Assembly: GCA_964016885.1 (NCBI GenBank)
Contig: OZ024762.1
Span: forward strand, 15,004,001 to 15,068,000
Source: Eledone cirrhosa
Lineage: Eukaryota
DNA length: 64,000 nt
Direction: 5' to 3'
This document shows, piece after piece, positions 29,701 through 42,958 of this stretch; positions within the stretch are counted from its first letter, which is position 1, and each line of letters begins with the position of its first letter. Below the pieces are notes generated by a model. It made no database searches. It saw nothing but the letters and a program-made list of their open reading frames with translations, and was not told the origin of the DNA. The translations under genes were made by a program, and so were the position numbers.

Positions 29701-31574
29701 CTTTGCTGAAATGAGTTCCATCCTCGATTCTACACAGGTTTTGGAACATCTGCGTCAGATGAACCCACCATTTGAGGTTGAGGGCAAACTGATCTTGGTA
29801 GCTTTTGCCAAAAACACTTTCAGCACAGTGTACGTAGAAACCCTCTTTCTGCCTCATCATCATCATCTGTCTATTTTCCATGTTGCTATGGGTTATACCG
29901 GTTACCACGGGTTATACCAGTTACCACGTTCTGAGATTTGACAGACCAGATAACCACGCCTTCCTCATACGTTCCATTTTGATATCGTTTCTATGGTTGA
30001 TGCCCTTCCTGATGCCAACCATTTTACAGCGTGCATTAGATGCGTTTTATGGTGGTACCAGCACTACCACCTTACACACTGGGTGCTTTATATCATAGCA
30101 CCAGCACTACCACCTTACATACAGGGTAGAGTGGGTGCTTTATATCATAGCACCAGCACTACCACCTTACATACAGGGTAGAGTGGGTGTTTTATATCAT
30201 AGCACCAGCACTACCACCTCACATACAGGGTGTACTGGGTGCTTTAGAAGCAAACCTCAAAACCTGAGGTCCCCAACCACCAGGTCGCAAAGAAATTAAC
30301 TTGATTAAAATTATACAATAGATAAATTGAATATCGGACTTTAATGTTAAAAGATTTATTTAAATATTCAATATTCATCTACTTTAATAAATTGCTCTCT
30401 TTATCGAAATGCACTTAAATATCATATATGTGCAACTACCGGCCTGCGGAAAGGTTGTCCGGTATGAAGCCGATCCGTGGTATAAAAACGTTTGGAGATC
30501 GCTGCTCTAAACCACACAGCCTGCTAACATTCTTTTTTGTTTGTTTTACTCCACAGGATGGCAACACTTAACAGCCGGCCTACTTCATATTCCGGAGGTC
30601 AAATGGTGAGTAATGGTCAAATTTTACTGGGGTCAGCTTTTTTCATTTTTTTTTAATTAATTTCAGTCACATATGAAATAAGTGAGTTACAAGTCCAGGG
30701 CCTCATAGTTCAGTGGAGGGGTTAGGAGACATATATTTTGATAAAGGGATTTTGTCCTGAAATATAGTGAGCGAGACAATATCTTTTCATGGAGAGATTT
30801 TATCCTAAAATATAGTTGGAGGTGAGAGAGACAAATATCTTTTCATGGAGGGATTTTATCCTAAAATATAGTTGGAGGTGAGAGAGACAAATATCTTTTC
30901 ATGGAGGGATTTTATCCTAAAATATAGTTGAAGGTGAGAGAGACAAATATCTTTTCATGGAGGGATTTTATCCTAAAATATAGTTGGAGGTGAGAGAGAC
31001 AAATATCTTTTCATGGAGGGATTTTATCCTAAAATATAGTTGGAGGTAAGAGAGACAAATATCTTTTCATGAAGGGATTTTATCCTAAAATATAGTTGGA
31101 GGTAAGAGAGACAAATATCTTTTCATGGAGGGATTTTATCCTAAAATATAGTGTGATAGGGATGTTCTCTAGTCGAAGATTTATTGAGATCTTTAAAGAC
31201 TTTAACTGGTTTACTTTACGCCATGTTTTGTTTCTTCTCTTATCACATCAGCGTACCTGGAACTATGATCAACAGCATGGTGATTATTATTATAATCCTT
31301 CTGGTTATGAACATTCTACATTCTACGACCAAAACAACCCCCACTACACACCAGGCCAGAACTATGACTCCACTTACTACAACCAAAATTTCTCTCATCA
31401 AGGTATTATTTCACTCTTTATGTTCGTTAATATTTTTTACTCCATCTGTCACTCATTCTCTATCTACAGATCTGTATATTCTCACACAAAACTATAGTAC
31501 CAGTCAAATACTGGGGTTGATTCTTCCTCTATATTTCATTCTCACTTCCTCTCTCTCTCTTTTCTCTGGAAGAA

Positions 31575-31608
<34 letters not shown>

Positions 31609-31621
31609 ATGTATGTGTGTG

Positions 31622-31668
<47 letters not shown>

Positions 31669-34041
31669 GTATGGAAGATAGAGGAAACTATAGAGGTATA
31701 AAGTTGATGGACCAGGTCATGAAAGTAACAGAAAGAGTTATAGCACAGCTGATTAGGGACCGGGTGAATATAGACGAGATGCAATTTGGGTTTGTTCCAG
31801 GGAAGGGCACCACTGATGCGCTCTTCCTTGTGAGGCAATTACAGGAAAAGTACCTAGCTAAAAGTAAGCCACTCTACTTGGCATTTGTCGACCTTGAGAA
31901 AGCCTTTGACAGAGTTCCACGTGCAGTAATCTGGTGGGCTCTTAGAAAACTAGGAGTAGATGAATGGCTTGTGAAAGCGGTACAAGCCATGTATAGGGGA
32001 GCAGTCAGCAAAGTTAGGATTGGCAATGAGTATAGCGAGGAATTTAGCGTACAGGTTGGGGTCCACCAGGGCTCTGTTCTTAGCCCTCTCCTGTTCATCA
32101 TAGTCCTGCAGGCAATAACGGAGGAGTTTAAGACCGGATGCCCATGGGAACTCCTGTATGCTGATGACCTCGCACTCATAGCTGAATCTATGGTAGAACT
32201 AGAGAATAAATTCCAAACCTGGAAGCAGGGACTAGAGAGAAAGGGCCTCAAAGTCAACATGACAAAGACTAAGGTCCTTATAAGTAGACGAGAAAACAAC
32301 CCAGATCCCCTCAGGGAAATGGCCTTGCTCAGTATGTAGGAAAGGTGTAGGTAGGAACTCCATTCTTTGCCCCAAATGCAAACAATGGGTACACAAGAGA
32401 TGTAGCGGGATCTCAGGAAGCTTAATTAAGAATGTAGGATTCACATGCAGCAGCTGTGCTGAAACAGCAAGCAAACAGCCACAGGAAACAAGTACCACCA
32501 ATCTCTGGGAGGGCCCTGTAGAAACAGTAGACAGCTTCTGCTACCTAGGTGACCGAATTAGCAACGGAGGTGGGTGCTCAGAAAGTACAATAACTAGGGT
32601 AAGAACGGGATGGAAGAAGTTTAGGGAACTACTACCACTGCTAGCTGCAAAAGGCTTCTCCCTCAGAATGAAAGGCAGACTGTATGATGCGTGTATCCGA
32701 ACAGCGATGTTGCATGGTAGTGAGACCTGGGCGCTGAAGGTGGAAGACTTACGTAGATTAGAGAGAAACGAAGCCAGCATGCTCCGATGGATGTGTAACA
32801 GTAATATACGTGAACGACAAAGCATAAATGAATTGAGAGAGAGACTGAGCATAAGAGGAATCAAATGCTGCGTGCAGGAGAGGCGGTTACGCTGGTATGG
32901 ACATGTGATGCGTATGAAGGATGACAGCTGCATAAAAAGGTGCAGAGCACTAGAAGTTGATGGAAACCGCGGAGTGGGGAGACCCAAGATGACTTGGGAT
33001 GAGGTGATAAAAGCCGACCTTACCCAACTACACCTCTCAAAGTCAATGACACACGACCGTGACTTCTGGCGTCACGCAGTAATACAGGGTACCCGACCTC
33101 CCATGGGTACATGCTGAAGCATATAAACAATATGCCCCCCCCCCCCCCCCCCCCCCCACCGCAAGGTGGTCGTGGAGGTGCCACGGCAAAAAAGCACCCA
33201 GCCCACACTGTAAAGTGGACGTGTAGGCGCCACGAAAAAGCACCCAGCACTCACTGTAAATGAGGTTGGTGTTAGGAAGGGCATCCAGCTGTAGAAATCA
33301 AGCCAGATCAGTTCCTGTATGAGCAAGGCATGGTCAGCCGACCAGACACTGCTCACAACAGGACAACCCGTCTAACCCATGCTAGCGTGGAAGAACGGAC
33401 GTAAAACGGTGATGATGATGATGATGATGATGATGGAAGCGCATGGCTTAGTGGTTAGAGCATTGGGCTTGCAATCAAAAGGTTGTGAGTTCAATTCTCA
33501 GACCGGGTCTTGTGTTGTTTCCTTGAGCAAGGCACTTTATTTCACATTGCTCCAGTTTACTCAGCTGTAGAAATGAGATGATAGGACTGAGGTCCCTATC
33601 ATTCCACTACAAAGTGGTCGTGGAGGTGCCACGGCAAAAAAGCACCCAGCACTCACTGTAAATGAGGTTGGTGTTAGGAAGGGCATACAGCTGTAGAAAT
33701 CAAGCCAGAATCAGTTCCTGTATGAGCAAAACAAGGTCAGTCGACCGGTCACTGCCCACAACAGGACAACCCGTCTAATCCATACTGGCGTGGAAGAACG
33801 GACGTAAAACGGTGATGATGATGATATATATATATATATACATATAAACACAGATATATATCATCATCACCATTTAACATCCATTTTTCCACGCTAGCAT
33901 GGGTTAGACGAGTTGTCCTGTTACACACACACACAGAGCCATATATATATACGCACACATAGATATACACACATACATCATCATCATTATCACCACCGTT
34001 TTACGTCCGTAGCATATATATATATTTATATACACACACAT

Positions 34042-34075
<34 letters not shown>

Positions 34076-37000
34076 TGAATTGTTATATTTAGTCTGCCAT
34101 TGCCATAATAACTCTATTTCTTTCTCTTCTTGTTGTGCAGCTGATTCCACCAATGCTGCTGCTGCAGTTGCACAAGCTGCAATTCAACAAGCACAGGCCG
34201 CCAAACAATACCAGAAACATTATCAGAAACAGGTAATGTCAAAATCTATAACCTACAACTTGGAATATAGTCTGTATATATGTGTGTGTATATTTGTGTG
34301 TGTATATTTGTGTGTGTGTGTGTGTATGTATGTTTGTGTGTGTCCCTTTTTTGAAACATTTGGTGTGGAAGTGATGCTTTTTTTTATATATATACCTGGT
34401 AGAATTTCAGCTTTGGCTATGGAACATCATCATCATCGGTTAACGTCCATCTTCCACTTTAGCATGGGTTAGACAGGTTTGTCTTATTTAGAGGCAAGTT
34501 GAGTCAGGTGACCGTGTCTTGCTCATATAGGACTGTTTCTGGCTGGATGCCCTTCCTAATACCAAGTTATTTATATTTAAATGGGTAAGCTCCAAGAAGG
34601 GCCATCTGGCTGTATGTAAATCATTACCTCCAATAAAAAAAAAAAAAAAAGACCTCATGTCATTGTTTATGGTTCACAAACAATCAGCTTCCTGTTTTTT
34701 TAAAGGTGCAAGAACAACAGAAATTGGCAGAGATGTCTCCAGAGCAGCGTTTGGCGCACTTGGCCCAGAATTGGTCGCAGCAAAAGAATCTTTCTCCCTC
34801 TTCTCAGTCTTCCCAGTCACTACCAACTACTGGAACGACGGCGACATCGTCTGTTGTCACAGTCGGTGCACCGACCACTGTTGATTCAAGCACAGATTGC
34901 GCCACAGTCACTGCCGACAGTTCCACGCATAAAACCTCAGCAACTGTTTCCAAACTCCCTGTACTCCAGAGTTCACAGCCGGCCTTTCAAACGCCCACGG
35001 GGATGCCAGTTAATGAAGAGTACCCAAAATATCGTAAGTTTCTAAACCACACACACACAAATAGTGTGTGTTATGTTTTTTTTTTCTGCCCAGCTTTACC
35101 AGATGTGTATGTTATCTGTATTTTTCTGTCCAGCTTTACCAGATGTGTATGTTATCTAGTTTTTTCTGTACAGATTCACCAGATGTATGTGTGTTATCTG
35201 GGTGTTTTTCTGTCCACCTTCACTAGCTGTGTGTACCTAGTGTATCTGTTATCTGTTTTACTCAACATCTTCACCAGATGTGTCTATGTTATCTGTATTT
35301 TTTTTTCTGTCCAGCTTCACCAGATGTGTGTACCTATCAGTATGACGACAGCTCTGGATATTACTATGATCCTTCCACGGGACTATATTATGATGCCAAC
35401 TCTCAGGTATGATACAGTTTTAACACTTAACCCTTTTGATATCAAACCACCTGAAACTAGCCCTGGTTTTATGATACAAAGCTGTTTATTTTAAAGTCTT
35501 TATCATCATCACCATTTTACATTTTTTAATCAATTGTTATAAATAAATATATTTCTTTTTTTTCCAGTATTATTACAATGCTTCCACGTGCCAATTCTTG
35601 TATTGGGATGCTGAGAAATCCACTTACCTACCTGCACCAACTGGGGCTGGAGGACAGCCATGTGATGACAAAGACGGTGATAATAGGGGCAAAAAGAAGG
35701 AAGACAAGAAAGAAAAAGTGAAAATAGCAAAAAAAATTGCCAAGGTAAACAAACCACATTAAATTCTAGAAGTTTCTGTAAGTTAACCATGTGGTCATGG
35801 AGAAGGCTTGGCAGTTGGACGTTGTTTCATCTTCAGAGATCTTTTTTTTAAATTTTTTAGGAGGAAGTGGGTATTTAGAAAACTTTTTCTAGTAATGGAC
35901 ATCACATCGTTTTTAGAAGCGGCTATTTGAAATAAAGGGATATAACTCAATGTACACACATCATCACCATATGATGTCCATTTTTCCATGCTCGCATGGT
36001 CAGACGGGTCGTCCACGTCGAGAGACAAGTCAGACCAAGATTGTCCACACCGTACCTTTCTCTGACAGGACTGTAAATTTGGATGTGGTTTTTTTACAGC
36101 TGGATGCCCTTCATAACAACAACCACATTTGCAGTGTGGGACAACGTATATCAAATTATATTTGGGAAAAGTAAACAAGATAAAAAAAAACTTACCTATT
36201 TACTTTGATCTCCTGTAGTTCGTTGAGTAATGGCAGTTTTGAGCACAGAGAACCTCAACTCATCGGGGAACTTCTCAATCAAGAAAAAATTCTTCTGGGT
36301 TATCCACTACCAGCGATAATTTTGAATAGGGGAATTATCAGGTGATTTATGGTCAACAGAAGGGCAGTGGTGTGTGGACAATGGCAAGTAACAGGGCTGC
36401 TAGAAGAAGCAGTCCGATTCATAGATGCATACAACAGAGTTTAACATTTACATTACTCTATATATACTATTGTATTTTCACTGTAAAGGCTTTACCTTAC
36501 ATAATATCTCACAAATCATTTACATTACTCTATATATACTATTGTATTTTCACTGTAAAGGCTTTACCTCACATAATATCTCACAAAACATTTACATTAC
36601 TCTATATATACTATTGTATTTTCACTGTAAAGGCTTTACCTCACATAATATCTCACAAAACATTTACATTACTCTATATATACTATTGTATTTTCACTGT
36701 AAAGGCTTTACCTTACATAATATCTCACAAAACATTTACATTACTCTATATATACTATTGTATTTTCACTGTAAAGGCTTTACCTTACATAATATCTCAC
36801 AAAACATTTACATTACTCTATATATACTATTGTATTTTCATAGTAAAGGCTTTACCTCACATAATATCTCATATAACATTTACATTACTCTCTATATACT
36901 ATTGTATTTTCACTGTAAAGGCTTTATCTCACATAATATCGAATCTATGAGATTTAGATATCATTTATTTTGAGACCAATACCTTAACATTTTATTTTTC

Positions 37001-40000
37001 TTTGTTTTTAAATGGATGATGTTTGTTTTTCTCCTTGTAGGACATGGAAAAATGGGCAAAAACGTTGAATGCACAGAAAGAGGCCATAAAAGAAGGGTTC
37101 AAGAAAACTAATGTAAATATTATAGGTCCTATAGCACCGATGAAACGGGTGATTGAAGAACGAGAGTCTGCTACTGCTGATGCCGGCTATGCAATTCTTG
37201 AGAAAACGGTAAGCAGGCCCTTATGGTTTTTCTTTGGTTGTGTGTCTGTGTCTGTAAGGTGCCACGACAAAAAGCTCGCAGTCCACCATGTAAGGCTGCA
37301 GTGTTGGTGCCACAATAAAAAGTTCCCAGTCCACCATGTAAGGCTGCAGTGTTGGTCCTACAACAAAAAGTTCCCAGTCGACCATGTAAGGCTGTAGTGG
37401 TCCCACAATAAAAAGCTCCCAGTCGACCATGTAAGGCTGTAGTGGTCCCACAATAAAAAGTTCCCAGTCGACCATGTAAGGCTGTAGTGGTCCCACAATA
37501 AAAAGCTCCCAGTCCACCATGTAAGGCTGTAGTGTTGGTGCCACAACAAAAAGTTCCCAGTCCACCATGTAAGGCTGCACTGTTTGTGCCACAATAAAAA
37601 GCTCCCAGTCCACCATGTAAGGCTGCACTGTTTGTGCCACAATAAAAAGCTCCCAGTCCACCATGTAAGGCTGCAATGTTTGTGCCACAATAAAAAGCTC
37701 CCAGTCCACCATGTAAGGCTGCACTGTTTGTGCCACAATAAAAAGCTCCCAGTCCACCATGTAAGGCTGCACTGTTTGTGCCACAATAAAAAGCTCCCAG
37801 TCCACCATGTAAGGCTGCACTGTTTGTGCCACAATAAAAAGCTCCCAGTCCACCATGTAAGGCTGCAATGTTTGTGCCACAATAAAAAGCTCCCAGTCCA
37901 CCATCTAAGGCTGCAATGTTGGTGCCACAACAAAAAGCTGCAGTGTTGGGTATTCAGACTCGAGGAGGAGATGGGCTCAGCCATGTTAAAATCCTCAGCA
38001 CACACCTTGTGTCACAACAACACCCTCATGACTCCACCTGGTGTTACATGTCCATGCATACTATACATACATTGGCAATGAATTTCATTAATAAATATAT
38101 CATAACAAATGAGTTACGTAGCTTAGTGGTAAGGGTGTTGGTCATACAATCATATTGTTGTGGGTTCAATTCCTGAACTGGGTTGTGTTGTGTTCTTGAG
38201 CAAAACACTTCATTTCTCAATGCTCCAGTATACTCAGCTAAAAATGAGTACCAGCAATAGCTGGGGAGTTAACATTGCGATGGACTGGTTTCCTGTTCAG
38301 GGGGGAGTCTTGTGCACTCAATCATTTAAAGCCACCCAAACTGGGATAAGCAGTGGCCTGATGAGCCTGTGGGTTTGAGACATGGGTTCTTTAGGAATGA
38401 GTTCAGGGCAGTAGAGTACAATTTTAGGAAAGATTTAAATCTTTCACCATCATCATCATCGTTTAACGTCTATCTTCCACTCCAGCACGGGCTAGATGGG
38501 AGTTGTCCCACTTGAAGCAAGATTGGTAAGGTTTCCGAGTCTCGCTTGTATAGAACTGTCTGGCAGGTTTTCTACAGCTGGATGCCCTTCCTAACACCAA
38601 CCACATTTACAGTGTGGACTGGGAGCTTTTTACCGTGTTACCTACACGGCCACATTACAGTGTGGACTGTGTGTTTTTTTGTCGTGACACCTACATAACC
38701 TCTCTAGTTTGGACTGGATGTTGTGGTACCACCATAACTTTATAGAGAAAGGGTGGTGTTGGAGGGAGTGAAAGGAAGGAGTAGGGGTAGTGGGTTGGGG
38801 GTGTATGTTAGGTTTTGAGGTGCCTACTGACTGTAGGTTAACTTTGCACATAGGGAAGGCGGGTCTTCTGTATTACTGTGTGGCGCCAGAGATCTCGATC
38901 CAGTGATATTGTCTTAGATAGGTGCAAGTGTGCAAGGTCGGACTTTATCATGTCTGGGTCTACCTACTCCGTAACTTTGTTCTTCATTATTATTGCAGAG
39001 TAGTGGCAGAGGTCTGGAAGACAAAAGGTTGATGCCACCCCCATGTCCTATGGTAAGTACACTAACAGAACATCAGACATGTTGGTTGTCAAGTTGCAAA
39101 ACAGATGTTTTTGTGTGTGTATGATCAACATTTAACATACACTGAATCATAAATATATTTATATAGTTGCAGAATAGTTTTGTTTATCTTAGTTGTTACG
39201 TTGTAACTTCTTGAGGATAATCAGGTCCTAGCGAGCCGAAGCACCTCAAGTTATATGCTGACCCACTTCATTACTGGGTTGACGTGGATGGCCTCCAGCA
39301 TATCACAACGATTGCTCATATTTAGAGCAAAGAGTTTAATATTTAATGTGATGCAGTCATTATGTTGTTTTGCCCTTTGTGTGAATGTTTTGCTAATGTG
39401 GTTTCATGTGGTGCAGGATGTTAAGAGTTAAACTAATTATCATTATCGTTTTTTTCTTCAGACCCCTACTGAGAAGGCAGCAGCGGCGGCGGCGGCAGCT
39501 GCTGCTGCAGCTGAAGCAGTCGCAGCCAACAACCCAGCCCTTGTAGCTTCCTACGGGGGTGACAGTGATTCCGATGATGAATCTTTTGAGGCAGCTCCAC
39601 TACCTGGTAATACCCAACGAACAGGTGTACTTGACGAAGCCAAGCTGACAGACTGGAACAAACTTGCCTGTTTGCTGTGCAAACGACAGTTTCCTAGTAA
39701 AGAGGCCCTCACAAGACACACACAGCTCTCTGATTTACATAAGGTAAGTTCCATGAAAGCAGGAAGGATAAAAACAAAATAAACTTTTCTTTAATGCTGT
39801 TGACTATCACTCTGTCTCACAAAGTAATATATTGTGTCTTACCAACACATCTGGGATCTCTTCTTCTGAAAGTAGTTCATTATAAACTTCTTAAGACTGA
39901 CACATCTGACGACTAGGTTCGAAATTACTCTGGGACATAATATAGACATATGCATATATACAAATAAAACGTATCCTGTTTTGGTGCCACAATAAAATGC

Positions 40001-41696
40001 ACCCAGTCAATGCTATAATATGGTTGGCATTAAGGACATCCAATTGTAGAAACCAAGCCAGAATCAGTTCTGTATGAGCAAGACATGGTCACCTGATCAG
40101 ACTTGTCTCACAACAGGACAGCTCGTCTAACCCATGCTAGCGTGGAAAACAAACATTAGACTGTAATGATATGTACACACACACACACATATATATATAT
40201 AGAAGTGGTTATGCAACAGTTCACCATACCGAGAACAATTGTTTCACCTTAGCGGATCCTCAGCTCGTAATGGACATGGTTATACTGAACAGGAAGGACA
40301 ACCGTAATATATTTATATTTATAATAACTTGAGAGAGAATAACCAGTTTAAACTTACAACATAATTTTATTCTACATTTCAATGTATAACAGTGGACCAT
40401 AACTCAATATACATTGGACATTAGTTCACCGGTTTACATATCCTCAGGAATTTAAATATTGTTGTAACATAAAAACATGCAAAAGGTCATTTCATACCAC
40501 AGATTAGACTCATGTATCAAAAAAAATGTAATAACATGCAAAAAGTGAGTACATTTAAAAGAAAGAGCAACGCAGAAGCAGTGTAAATATATACAAATAA
40601 AAAGTATCCTGTTTTGGTGCCACAATAAAATGCACCCAGTTCATGCTATAATATGGTTGGCGTTAGGAAGGGCTTCCAGTTGTAGAAACCAAGCCAATGA
40701 ACTATTTATCTACCTTCACCTGACTTCTGTTTTTATTGTTCAAACATATATATATGTAAATGACTCTGTAACCCAGATTGATTTTCTTCAAGGATACCTT
40801 AAGCAGAGATCACCTACCACAAGAACTACTGGTCACATTGCCGAATCTCGCTGCAACCATCCTTCTAAGGACACATTGAGTTCTAACAACGTTATCAGCC
40901 CCACCACAACCAGGTGGACTTTGATATATATATATGTATGTATGTGGTACGGATCGACAGTGAAACATATGTAATATGTAATCAAATATGTATATGATAC
41001 AACACTGATGCTTTGTTCCCTAATGTATTAATACTGTATACACACACACATGGAGTTCTAACTGTTGCTGGTTGTTCACTGAAAGTGTTGTCTATAATTT
41101 ATTTATCTATGTATTTCAGCAAAACCTTGAAGTGATGAGAAAGAAATATAGTTCTGGTGCAGTTGATGGTGATAAAAAAGGACCGGTAGGAAAGACTTTA
41201 TTGTGATTTGTTTTGTTTCTGTGCATGGGATGTGTATATATGTGTATGTGTGTGCTTCCATAGAAACCAAGCCAGGACCTTGTTACCTGACCGGTCAGGC
41301 TTTAGTAGGTAAGTGACAGCTGTTTAACTTATGTAAGCATGGAAAATAGATGTGAAACTGTTATGATTATGATGACGATGATGATGATATATGTAATTAA
41401 AGGCAGCAAATTGGCAGAATCGTTAGAACATTGGATAGAATGCTTTGTGGTATTTGTTCTGGCTCTGTATGTTCTCTCAGTTCTGATCCCGCAGAGTTGT
41501 TAGAACGTCAGATAGATAAAATGTTTTGTGGCATTAGGTCTGGCTCTCAGCTCTCTCAGTTCAAAATCCTGCCGATATCAGCTTTGCCTTTCATCCTTTC
41601 GAGGTCAATAATATTAAAATAAAATTAAAATAAAAAAAAGTACCAGTCCAGTACTGGGGTCTATTCTTCCTCTATTTCTTTCTCACTTCCTCTCTA

Positions 41697-41769
<73 letters not shown>

Positions 41770-42925
41770 ATTTCTATCTGTCCTTCTCTGGAAGAAATCA
41801 TCTATGTTTGGACCTGGAGGGCTGGGGATGAGCTCTGCCGGGGTTTAAAACATGTCCAAGACATGCTGTATGGCATTACAGCGCCCTACTATTTCATCAT
41901 GACTTATGGGTCCATACATACATACATACATATAATTATTACAAGAGTGGGGGTGGGTTGGCAGTATCGGTAGAGCATCGGACAACATGCTTCGCGACAT
42001 AGAGTTACGTCCCTTTACGTTCTGAGTTCAAATCCCGCCGAGGTTAGCTTTGCCTTTCATCCTAACGGGGGTCGATAAAATAAAGTAGCAGTAATGCACT
42101 GGGGTTGATTTAATCGACTTTTCCCTTCCCTTCAAAGTAGGAACAATTATTATTCCAAGATTTAATGCCCAACAGTCACACTTAAGCTGCTTTTTTTTTC
42201 TAATTCTTGGCTCTTCAGGTATTCTATCTTATAATTAAAATAATTTCTACACCTTACTTCCCTAAGTTGTATAATAATATGTTACTGGTTTTAACTAGTA
42301 ACATTTCGTCTATAAAGTAGTTGGGGTAAAAAGTGTATCTAACTGTAGAAGCTTTGCTGGTCAAAGGGTTGAGTACACTCTTTAGTTGTGTTGAGGTCTT
42401 GGTAACCTCCTTAGTTAAAATAAAAATACACCCAGTACACTCTGTAAAGTGGTTAGTGATAGGATGGGTATCTAGCTGTAGAAATCTTACCAGACAAAGG
42501 ATTGAGAGGACTCTTTTGTTGTGTCAAAGACCTGACAACCTCCTCAGTGCTGGTGACACTATAAAAAGCATCCTGTGGTATCTAGCTGTAGAAATCTTAC
42601 CAGTACTGAAACATGTAGGTCTGTGATGACCAACCCATGCTAGGATGGAAAAACAGGTGTCAAATGATGGTGTTCATGGTTTTCGTGCTGCATCACATGT
42701 TTTACCCTTTAGCATTTACATTACTCTATATATACTATTGTATTATCACAGTAAAGGCTTTACCTCACATAATATTGAAGCTATGGGATTTAGATATTAT
42801 TTATTTTGAGAACAATACCTTAACATCATTATGAGCGGCTGGTTTAAATGCTAAAGGGTTAATGTTACTGTGTCATTGCATTGCATGCAGTGTGTTGTAG
42901 TAGTAGTAGTAGTGGCGGTGGTGAC

Positions 42926-42958
<33 letters not shown>

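Noticed and set aside
33435-33510. tRNA gene (also SINE heads at 13250, 38115 and 59163)
   Set aside because: A/B boxes are present but the cloverleaf is imperfect and continues into a SINE core and tail.
34706-35494. 262-aa single ORF
   Set aside because: Only 34706-35033 is exon. The rest reads through the intron repeat and crosses the OCRE exon out of frame.
39220-39245. Resemblance to SRP RNA helix 8 (TCAGGTCC...GAAGCA) or a twister ribozyme
   Set aside because: No GNRA tetraloop or flanking SRP helices, and the twister pseudoknot elements are absent.
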